From positions 62,001-102,873 of the forward strand of contig DATMBG010000025.1 in the NCBI GenBank assembly GCA_035559535.1: a stretch of DNA of 40,873 nt, read 5' to 3'. Positions within the stretch are counted from its first letter, which is position 1. Each line of letters starts with the position of its first letter. Positions 29,461 through 37,544 of the stretch are shown here, piece by piece. Origin of the DNA: Candidatus Limnocylindrales bacterium (GTDB lineage: Bacteria > Moduliflexota > Moduliflexia > Moduliflexales > JAUQPW01). The translations under genes and the position numbers were made by a program. The notes under the pieces are model-generated. The model worked only from the letters and a program-made list of their open reading frames with translations. It did no database searches and was not told the origin of the DNA.

Positions 29461-29525
29461 TTATCCTCAGTACTGTTTGACTAACTGCTTCAGCCTGCCT
29501 CCATTTGTACAGATTCTACCTCCTT
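29461..29525 (-). pseudogene. Probable remnant (RBS plus 3' tip) of a deleted second MCP gene
   Basis: Minus strand reads AAGGAGGT...GGA GGC AGG CTG AAG CAG TTA GTC AAA CAG TAC TGA GGA TAA = GGRLKQLVKQY*G*, against the neighbouring MCP end [13 protein letters not shown]. Confidence 0.55.
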
Positions 29526-29549
29526 GCCTCTACCTGCCGGTTTCCTCCC

Positions 29550-30332
29550 CTACTCAACTTCCTCATGTACGATAAGGCTTTTGTCTGACAAAATTCTCTC
29601 TGCATCTAAAATCACCAGTCGTTCCCTGGTCACACCCTTGAGATACTCTTCTCGAACACCCGTAAGGGTAGAAAAGGACGGCTGGATATCCTGAAGTGGA
29701 ATCCACTGTACTCCAACAACAGCCTCTGCGAGGATACCGAACTCTATCCTATGGTTGTGGAGGATGATGACCTTGTTGAGATGGGTTGGTTCCTGTGCCG
29801 GTAGATCAAAAAATTTCTTGAGGTCGATGACCGAAAGAATTTGTCCCCGCACATTGATGATGCCAAGAACAAAGGGTGGAGTACAGGGTAATGGCGTAAG
29901 TTCTTTCAGGGGATGGACTTCACGAACATACACCGACTCAATTCCGTAATTTTCATGGGCCAGGAGAAACTTCACAACTTCTATACGTTCCCCATCTGCT
30001 TCCTTCTCTTTGGGTTCCTGTGCAAGTACCCTGGCTCTGGCTCTAAGGATTTTTTTCTTCTCCTCAGGGGTTGGAACGAATCCGCCTTCAAGGATCGCTC
30101 GAGCCGCCTTTAAACGGCTGTAGACCTCCTTGCCGGATTGCTGATGGAACTGAGCAGAGTTGGGAGTTGGATTCTGGAGCCGGGCCAGATTAAAACCGCA
30201 TTGGTTACAGAAATAGCTTCCTGGTGGATTTACATGCCCACACCCAGGGCAAGAAATTTCCAGTCTGGTTTTGCAGACCTTACAGAACTTCGCCCCTTCA
30301 GGATTCTCATGATGGCATTGAGGACACTGCAT
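29550..30332 (-). CDS. cheW: CheW adaptor with an N-terminal double zinc ribbon
   Basis: Four CxxC pairs (CPQC, CKVC, CPGC, CNQC), then the helix KILRARARVLA and a CheW domain (LGIINVRGQILSVIDL). Confidence 0.9.
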   Translation of the reverse strand: MQCPQCHHENPEGAKFCKVCKTRLEISCPGCGHVNPPGSYFCNQCGFNLARLQNPTPNSAQFHQQSGKEVYSRLKAARAILEGGFVPTPEEKKKILRARARVLAQEPKEKEADGERIEVVKFLLAHENYGIESVYVREVHPLKELTPLPCTPPFVLGIINVRGQILSVIDLKKFFDLPAQEPTHLNKVIILHNHRIEFGILAEAVVGVQWIPLQDIQPSFSTLTGVREEYLKGVTRERLVILDAERILSDKSLIVHEEVE

Positions 30333-30456
30333 GAAACGACATCTTTTGAAGCCCGGATATCAGGGAGGATACCCCTGTAATCCGTACTTCCTGATAGGAA
30401 ATCTCAAGTAGAGAGACCTTTAAAAACTAGTACGCTTGCCTTACCTTGCGCCCCTG

Positions 30457-30484
30457 GTACGGGCGCAAGGCATTGCGCCCCTAC
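30457..30484 (-). repeat. 28-nt GTAG-type REP-like palindrome
   Basis: GTACGGGCGCAAGGCATTGCGCCCCTAC, preceded by a partial copy CCTTGCGCCCCT. Confidence 0.8.
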
Positions 30485-30750
30485 TCAAAATTTATGGAAA
30501 AAACGTTCTACTATCCTAAATTCTAGAGGAAATTCGAGGTGCTTTTTCTCTGGATTTGGCAGAGTTATATTCTTATCGTCTTAATTTGACGCCTGTAAGG
30601 TTTAAAAAAACCCCTTCAGCCCATAATTTATCGTTGGCTTAGTCGCCTCTATCCTGTAAAAAAATAATGGGAAATTTTCACATTCTTATTTATCCCTGTC
30701 AAGACTTAAATTTCTTTTTTAATTTTTCAACTTGAAAAGAAAGTCTAGAA

Positions 30751-30780
30751 GTACGGGCGCAAGGCACATTGCGCTCCTAC
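30751..30780 (-). repeat. Degenerate copy of the same REP-like palindrome
   Basis: GTACGGGCGCAAGGCACATTGCGCTCCTAC, with a 2-nt insertion and one substitution. Confidence 0.75.
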
Positions 30781-31026
30781 CGGTTTTTTAAACCGGGTTT
30801 CTTGAAAGGTTTATCCTCAACTTAAAACCTTTGTGCCCTTTCAAAGGAGTCAGAAACAGAAAAATCACATTTAACCATCACTTCATTACTCTGCAATATT
30901 CCCTTAATAATCGGGCATTTTCCTTTATATGGTTAGGAAAATTAGAACCATTGATTAAGCTTATAAATTGCAGAAGAAAATGTCAGGCAAGATCCTGGTA
31001 TTTATCAGGAAAGGAGAGAGCATTCT

Positions 31027-32538
31027 ATGCATCTTAAACGAACCTTTATTAAAATTGCCTTCAGAGGAGTTGTTCCCGTGGTCTTCATCCTAACTTCATC
31101 CACCCACGCGGCCAACCCCGATTTTGGGGTTCAGGTAGAAAGGGCCTTGAAGCAATTTTCCATGATCTTGTTTGGTATCCAGGGAACTCTGGATCAATCC
31201 GCCCCACCGACCTCAGGACCTTATCGTACGGTCTCTCAAACTGCTGAAGATCAGATCTTACTGGCACCAGGTCTTCAGGCACGATACATAACGCGTCAGG
31301 CCGCCGATCTCACGGATCAAATCGTCTTAATTCCCAGGGACAATCCTGTTTACATGGTGACCTGTGTGGAAGGGACCCGTAAAGTCATCGGGACCAACCC
31401 CGACGGAAGTCCCAAGTATAATCCTTCTGTCCAGCTCATCAGTTTGATTGATGGTTCGGTACAAACTATTTTACGGGGTATGGATCGTTGTGATGGTATT
31501 CGTGAAACCCCCTGGGGTTCTATCCTGGCTACCGAAGAAACCTCTGACGGCGGAGCTTATGAAATCCTCTTTCCCTTAAGTGTTAGGAACCATGTGGTTA
31601 TTAATCGGGCAACGGGTGAAATTCGGGATCCAGGCGGTGCAATCTCTCAATTCGTCGTCAAACGCACGGCGTTACCTACGATAGCCTGGGAAGGCATCGT
31701 TATAACCCCTGGCGGTGTGGTCATTGGAGGGGATGAATTACGTCCGGGTACTGCTAAACCGGATGCAGATGGTGGAGCCATTTTTAAGTTTATCCCACAA
31801 ACTCTTCGTACCGACAATACCCCGATCACCGATTTAAGTCAATCTCCCTGGGTTGCAGGAAATGTTTATGCTCTGCAGGTAACGTGTAGGAATGACAAAC
31901 CCCAGTATGGGCAGGGTTGTGAGGTAGGTCTGGCGGGTTGGGTACCGGTAAATGCAGCAACAGCCCGTTCAGATGCTAATTTGAAAGGAGCTACGGGCTA
32001 CTATCGGCCGGAGGATATGGATCAGGATCGAACTTATATCGATCCCAATAATCCCAATGCCATACGCTTCTGTTGGACCGATACAGGCGCTTCAGAGGCC
32101 TATAACTTTGCCGAAGTAGTCTGTGCCGTTGATTTTGATGCGAACAGCCCATTCTCTCCGGTGGTTGCAGAACGCTTTATTGAAGGTGACCTTGAATTTA
32201 ATTATTTTGATAACCTGGCGTTCCAACCTGGGACGAATAATCTCTATGTCCTAGAAGATAGCGGGATAGAACCTCTGGTAAAAGGAAATGATATCTTTGC
32301 CTGTCTTCCAGACGGTTTTGATCGAGATCTTAAATCCGACGGGTGTGTAAGAGTTCTGTCTGTAAAAGATTCCTCTGCAGAACCAAGTGGTTTTATCTTC
32401 TCTCCGGATGGTAAAACGGCGTATCTCTCCATTCAACACAGCGACGATACCAACATGCCTCTGGTAGATGATTATCCAACCGATGATATCATCGCCATTA
32501 CCGGCTTCCAGGTTCCCCTTCCTGGTTCCGGGAAGTAG
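31027..32538 (+). CDS. PhoX/DUF839-family secreted phosphatase-like beta-propeller
   Basis: RCDG...TPWGSILATEE, WEG, RPED, DNL, EDSG and EPSG..FSPDGKTAYLSIQH. Signal peptide ending THA-A. Confidence 0.8.
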   Translation: MHLKRTFIKIAFRGVVPVVFILTSSTHAANPDFGVQVERALKQFSMILFGIQGTLDQSAPPTSGPYRTVSQTAEDQILLAPGLQARYITRQAADLTDQIVLIPRDNPVYMVTCVEGTRKVIGTNPDGSPKYNPSVQLISLIDGSVQTILRGMDRCDGIRETPWGSILATEETSDGGAYEILFPLSVRNHVVINRATGEIRDPGGAISQFVVKRTALPTIAWEGIVITPGGVVIGGDELRPGTAKPDADGGAIFKFIPQTLRTDNTPITDLSQSPWVAGNVYALQVTCRNDKPQYGQGCEVGLAGWVPVNAATARSDANLKGATGYYRPEDMDQDRTYIDPNNPNAIRFCWTDTGASEAYNFAEVVCAVDFDANSPFSPVVAERFIEGDLEFNYFDNLAFQPGTNNLYVLEDSGIEPLVKGNDIFACLPDGFDRDLKSDGCVRVLSVKDSSAEPSGFIFSPDGKTAYLSIQHSDDTNMPLVDDYPTDDIIAITGFQVPLPGSGK

Positions 32539-32590
32539 AAGGGAAGGCTGAGAAAACTTTTCCTCTGAACTCTCCCTTTAATCTTGTAAC

Positions 32591-32638
32591 CCTTCAATGA
32601 ATAGAGGCAACCTCTGGATTGCCTCTACTCATTGAAGG
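32591..32638. terminator. Long hairpin between convergent genes, with a GTAG-type REP-like core
   Basis: CCTTCAATGAATAGAGGCAAC pairs with ATTGCCTCTACTCATTGAAGG (19/21). No clear U-tract. Confidence 0.55.
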
Positions 32639-32660
32639 AGCAAAACCTGCAGGTGAAGTT

Positions 32661-33758
32661 TTAAGCGGCTTTGATCTCGGTCCAGATTTTATCCCAGAGT
32701 TGAGTAGCCTCGCTTCCCAGATCTTCTATAAACTCCAACTTGGCCAGAATGGAAGGTGGGGGATAAACCGAGGGGTTTTCTTTGATTTCCTTTTTGATAT
32801 ACTTCAAAGCAGCCGCGTTGGGAGAGGCAAAGAAAGTATGATTTGAGATTCCGGCACCTACTTCGGGCCGTAAAACATAATTAATAAAAACCTCGGCCGT
32901 ATATTTATGGGGAGCCGACTGGGGAATACACATATTATCCGTCCAGATGGTAGAACCTTCTTTCGGAATTACATATTGAATGGCTTCATTCTCAGAAGCC
33001 GCCGCAAAGGCATCTCCACTGTAAATGTGGGAGATCCAGGACTCTTCCGAAATAAGCATCGGCTTAGCCTGATCTGAAGTATAGGCCTTGATCAAAGGCT
33101 TCTGTTTGATTAAAAGTTCTTTAGCCTTAGCCAGCTCCTCTTCCTTCCTGGAATTCACCGAGTAGCCCAGATACTTAAGAACCGATCCGATTACATCCCG
33201 GGCTTCGTTCAGCATGGTAATTTTACCTTTATATCTTTCATCAAAAAGGGCACTCCAGCTATCTAACTTTTCTTTAATATATTTTTTGTTATAGGCAAAC
33301 CCTGTAGTCCCCCATTGATAAGGAACGCTGTACTTATTCTCGAGGTCATAAGGAGGTTTGTGAAACCGGGGATCAATATTTTTAAAATTAGGGATATTCC
33401 CCATGTCTAAAGGAGCCAGCATTCCTTCTTTTATCATGATCCGAACCATATAATCCGAGGGGACAATTACATCATAACCCGTAGCCCCGGCCTGTAGTTT
33501 CGCCAGAAGAGCATCATTACTATCATAGGTATCGTAATTGACCTTAACCCCAAACTCTTTTTCAAAGTCGGCAAGGGTGGTTTCTCCAATATAATCAAAC
33601 CAGTTATAAACGTTTAATTCCTTCGATAACTTACTTTTATCGACCTTTTCGGCCGCTGAAACCTCAGGAACGAATTCAGTTGCCCCTTTACCGGCTAGAA
33701 CCCATGATGCGGTCACGGCTAAGCTTTCTCTCAAAAAATCCCTTCGGGAAACTTTCAT
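32661..33758 (-). CDS. Spermidine/putrescine ABC transporter substrate-binding protein (PotD/PotF family), Tat signal
   Basis: LNVYNW.DYI, YDSND, YDVIVPSDY, PYQWGTTG, PKEG..IWTDNM and FINY. SRRDFL signal. Confidence 0.92.
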   Translation of the reverse strand: MKVSRRDFLRESLAVTASWVLAGKGATEFVPEVSAAEKVDKSKLSKELNVYNWFDYIGETTLADFEKEFGVKVNYDTYDSNDALLAKLQAGATGYDVIVPSDYMVRIMIKEGMLAPLDMGNIPNFKNIDPRFHKPPYDLENKYSVPYQWGTTGFAYNKKYIKEKLDSWSALFDERYKGKITMLNEARDVIGSVLKYLGYSVNSRKEEELAKAKELLIKQKPLIKAYTSDQAKPMLISEESWISHIYSGDAFAAASENEAIQYVIPKEGSTIWTDNMCIPQSAPHKYTAEVFINYVLRPEVGAGISNHTFFASPNAAALKYIKKEIKENPSVYPPPSILAKLEFIEDLGSEATQLWDKIWTEIKAA

Positions 33759-33830
33759 AGGAAATCCGGAATCAAAACCCAGGAGTCAGAATTATTCTGA
33801 GTTCCTGGATTTCAATTCCTGAATTTTGGA

Positions 33831-34700
33831 TTATTTATTACTTGTTAAATATTTATAGCCGATCAATTTATATACCAACTTAGCACAGGTAAAATCTGAA
33901 AGGATCTGGTTTTCTATAGGACATAACTCCGTGACATCAAACCCTATCACCTCTTTGGCTTCAAATAACTTTCGTAAAAAAGCCAGGGCCGGATACCAGA
34001 GTAAACCCCCGGGCTCCGGAGTTCCTACGCCGGGTATGACAGAGGGATCGAAACCATCGGCATCGATAGTAAGGAATACCCGATCTGTTTTAATATGGCT
34101 GAGTGCTTTGTCTATCCAGTGGGGGTTTGAGTAAATTTCCCTGGCAGAAATCACCGGGATATTTTTCTCTTTTACCAGCTCAGCTTCTTCCAGGCACATG
34201 CTTCGGATACCTATATGTACACCGGGGGAAACTTCCAGGATTCGCTTCATAATACAGGCATGATTATACTTAGAGCCTTCATATTCTTCCCTTAAATCCG
34301 TGTGGGCATCGATTTGAACCGTAGTAAAAGTACCGAATACATCGGCAAAAGCCCGAGCTATCCCGATACTGATGGAGTGCTCGCCTCCCAATCCCACCAC
34401 ATATTTTCCTTGCCGAACCAGTCTGGCTACTTCTTTTCGGACTCTTTCCACCATTTCTTCCGGCTCGGGTTGATCGGCGCAAAGGGGTTCTGAAGTATGA
34501 ATACCCATCTGAAAGGGTTCGACCTGTAATTCTTCATCATAAAGTTCCACCTGATAGGAGGCTTTTAAAATTGCTTCTGGGCCTTTATCGGTTCCTTTGA
34601 TATACGTGGTTGTCTTTTCATAGGGGATTGGTAATATAATCACCTTGGAAGTATCGAACCGGGAATACTCCGGAGGAAGTCCGAGAAAATCTAACGGCAT
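33831..34700 (-). CDS. speB: Agmatinase
   Basis: GGEHSIS, DAHTD, DADGFDPS..PGVGTPEPGG and DVTE motifs; adjacent to a polyamine-binding protein. Confidence 0.88.
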   Translation of the reverse strand: MPLDFLGLPPEYSRFDTSKVIILPIPYEKTTTYIKGTDKGPEAILKASYQVELYDEELQVEPFQMGIHTSEPLCADQPEPEEMVERVRKEVARLVRQGKYVVGLGGEHSISIGIARAFADVFGTFTTVQIDAHTDLREEYEGSKYNHACIMKRILEVSPGVHIGIRSMCLEEAELVKEKNIPVISAREIYSNPHWIDKALSHIKTDRVFLTIDADGFDPSVIPGVGTPEPGGLLWYPALAFLRKLFEAKEVIGFDVTELCPIENQILSDFTCAKLVYKLIGYKYLTSNK

Positions 34701-34877
34701 AAAAGAGAAAATTAAAAATCCGGGATGAGAAACCAGGATTCGGAATAGCTTCTGATTTCTGGTTTCTGACCCCAGATGAAACTATATTGTAACGAAAAAG
34801 TATTGTGATACTGTATGTATCAGTTACTTCCTTCGACCTGTCAACATCTATTTTTTTATTTTTAAGGAGGCAACCCT

Positions 34878-36491
34878 ATGCGCTCAATTTCCTATAAATT
34901 ACTATTCATTCCTACTTCTGGAAGGCTCATTTTAAACTTCCTCTTTCTTGGAATAATCTGGTTATCTTCGTCTATCCAGGCTGCAGAGCCTAAATACGGT
35001 GGAACAATTATTCATGGTCGCGGTGGGGACTCTGTGGGGCTGGACCCATCCCATGAAACAGATGGAGAATCTCTGAATGTAGCTCGAAATATTTTTGATA
35101 CCCTGGTACGGTATAAAGAGGAGAGCACCGAAATAGAACCTGCATTGGCCACTTCCTGGGAGATTTCCCCGGATGGATTGGTGTATACTTTCAAATTGCG
35201 CCAGGGGGTTAAATTCCATGATGGCACCCCCTTTAATGCCGAGGCTGTGGTGTTTTCCTTTGATCGACAGCTTAACCCGGATAAATATCCTGAGCTTAAA
35301 GAAACCGGGCCCTATAAGTACTGGCTTGGAATGTCTATGGGAGATATTGTCAAGTCCGTTGAAGCTGTAGATGAGTTCACCGTTAGATTTACCCTCAAAC
35401 GCCGGGAAGCCCCTTTCCTGGCTAATCTGGGGATGCACTTTGCGTCGATTGTGAGTCCTACGGCCTTAAAGAAACTTACCGTTGACTTTACTCGGCATCC
35501 GGTCGGTACCGGCCCTTTTAAATTTGTAGAATGGATTAAGGATGACCGGATCGTGTTGGAAGCCAATCCGGATTATTGGGATGGGCGCCCTTATTTAGAC
35601 AAGGTCATTTTTCGTGCCATACCCGATAATACGACCCGATTATTTGAACTGAAATCTGGAACCATTGATGTCATGGTGTTCCCCAATCCAGAGGATATCC
35701 AGCTCATCGAAGCAGATCCTGATTTCAAGGTACTTCGACAACCGGGCATGAACATTGGATACCTGGCCATGCATACCGAAAAGAAACCCTTTGATAAGGT
35801 TAAGGTCCGTCGGGCCATCAATCATGCCATTAATAAAAAGGCAATTGTAGATACCATCTATGAAGGGCTGGGAACGGTAGCTAAAAATCCACTTCCACCT
35901 ATTTTGTGGGGATACAACGATCAAATCCAGGATTATGCATACGACCCCAACAAAGCCAAAGAGTTATTAAAAGAAGCAGGCTATCCCGACGGATTTGAAA
36001 CGACCTTATGGGCCCTGCCGGTACCCCGACCTTACAATCCTAATGGTCAAAAAGTTGCCGAGGCGATTCAGGCAGACCTCCAGAAGGTAGGGATTCGGAC
36101 CAGGATTATCAGCTACGAATGGGGAACTTACCTGGAAAAGTTAGAGCAGGGCGAACATGATATGGCTTTGTTCGGTTGGTTTGGGGATAATGGGGATCCG
36201 GATAATTTTCTATATATCTTACTGGACAAAGATAGTGCAAAAATCCCGGCTCAAAATATTGCCTTCTACAAAAACGATCAGGTCCACGAGCTGCTCATCA
36301 AAGCTAAAGAAACCTTCGACCAGAAAGAGCGAGAAAAACTCTATCAACAGGCCCAGGTCATTATCCACGAAGATGCCCCCTGGGTTCCACTTGCACATTC
36401 GGTGGTCGTTACCATCACCAAAAAAACCGTCCATAACTATAAAATCCATCCGGTAGGAGACTGGCTTTATCACAAGGTTTGGAAAGATTAA
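34878..36491 (+). CDS. Dipeptide ABC transporter substrate-binding protein (family 5, DppA-like)
   Basis: LATSWE, LRQGVKFHDG, PVGTGPF, VRRAINHAIN, RPYNPN and GDNGDPDNF. Confidence 0.92.
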   Translation: MRSISYKLLFIPTSGRLILNFLFLGIIWLSSSIQAAEPKYGGTIIHGRGGDSVGLDPSHETDGESLNVARNIFDTLVRYKEESTEIEPALATSWEISPDGLVYTFKLRQGVKFHDGTPFNAEAVVFSFDRQLNPDKYPELKETGPYKYWLGMSMGDIVKSVEAVDEFTVRFTLKRREAPFLANLGMHFASIVSPTALKKLTVDFTRHPVGTGPFKFVEWIKDDRIVLEANPDYWDGRPYLDKVIFRAIPDNTTRLFELKSGTIDVMVFPNPEDIQLIEADPDFKVLRQPGMNIGYLAMHTEKKPFDKVKVRRAINHAINKKAIVDTIYEGLGTVAKNPLPPILWGYNDQIQDYAYDPNKAKELLKEAGYPDGFETTLWALPVPRPYNPNGQKVAEAIQADLQKVGIRTRIISYEWGTYLEKLEQGEHDMALFGWFGDNGDPDNFLYILLDKDSAKIPAQNIAFYKNDQVHELLIKAKETFDQKEREKLYQQAQVIIHEDAPWVPLAHSVVVTITKKTVHNYKIHPVGDWLYHKVWKD

Positions 36492-36503
36492 CCCTAGAAC
36501 CCT

Positions 36504-37349
36504 ATGAATCCTATAAATAAAATCTCAGAAACTGCCTTCCTTGTAAACGCTTCAAGGGCCCGGAAGGTTGAGATTAGTCAGGATAGATATGCCAGACTCT
36601 GGGTATCCGATGCGACGAGGGAACTATGGGATGACTTTGCAAGCAACGTATATGCCCAGGATGACCAGGTGGTATCCGTCCGAACCCGATATTTTCTGGA
36701 TCATTTAAACGCCTTTATAACCTCCTTTGAGTCCCCGGTTTTCATCAACGTTGGAGCAGGATTTACCTCTTATCCGTTCCTTATTCGACAACCCTGCCGA
36801 TGTATCGAAATTGATTATGAACACATTATCCACTACAAGCGTAATAAGATTACAGACTGGCAACGGGAAGGTTTATTGCCCCCCCATCAGGTAGAATACT
36901 TTGCTGCGGATCTCAACCATCCCGTGCAGAGGGAGCGCTTTAAATCGCAACTCGCTCAATGGATAGATAACCATCCCTCGTTTATTTTACTCGAAGGAAT
37001 AACCTATTTTCTGGCTAAGCCCGTACTTAGGGAACTTCTTGAGGCTTTCTCCGTCGTTCAATGCACAGACTCCCTGGTTGGCTTTGACTTTTGGAAACCG
37101 GATATTCAAACCTATCCGGTGTTTATCCGGTTACAAAAATATGTGGCCGAGAAGTTCGGTTATAAGGAAACTCAGTATAATCTGTTTGATGAGGACTTTA
37201 TTAACTCTCTTTTAGCTTATCAGGTTGAGGAGATAACCACGGTTATTGAACAGGAGATAATCTATACCCAGCCCCCTATCTTGCAAGACCGCGAAAAGGT
37301 ATTACCCGAAAATTACGTGATCTTAAAAAAAACGGAAAAAAGTCTTTGA
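36504..37349 (+). CDS. Class I SAM-dependent methyltransferase (LCM/TcmP-like)
   Basis: ISETA....RA, VRTRYF, NVGAGF, EID, AADL and LEGITYFL. Confidence 0.8.
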   Translation: MNPINKISETAFLVNASRARKVEISQDRYARLWVSDATRELWDDFASNVYAQDDQVVSVRTRYFLDHLNAFITSFESPVFINVGAGFTSYPFLIRQPCRCIEIDYEHIIHYKRNKITDWQREGLLPPHQVEYFAADLNHPVQRERFKSQLAQWIDNHPSFILLEGITYFLAKPVLRELLEAFSVVQCTDSLVGFDFWKPDIQTYPVFIRLQKYVAEKFGYKETQYNLFDEDFINSLLAYQVEEITTVIEQEIIYTQPPILQDREKVLPENYVILKKTEKSL

Positions 37350-37372
37350 CACGACCTTGTTTTCAGGTGATA

Positions 37373-37530
37373 AGGGAATCGTTGAAGGGTGTAGAGTCAG
37401 GGGAATTTGGGGTATGGGAGGGTGGGGGAGTGGGAAAGAATATACTTCCATACCTCCCTACTTCCATACTTCCATACCCCCACACCCCCACACTTCCACA
37501 CTCCCATGCCTTCATACTTTCACGGTCCTT
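37373..37530. repeat. G-rich/C-rich octamer inverted-repeat element, copy 1
   Basis: GTATGGGA-type units followed by TTCCATAC/CCCCACAC-type units; ends in CTTTCACGGTCC. Confidence 0.75.
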
Positions 37531-37544
37531 CAAGGAGGATGGAT

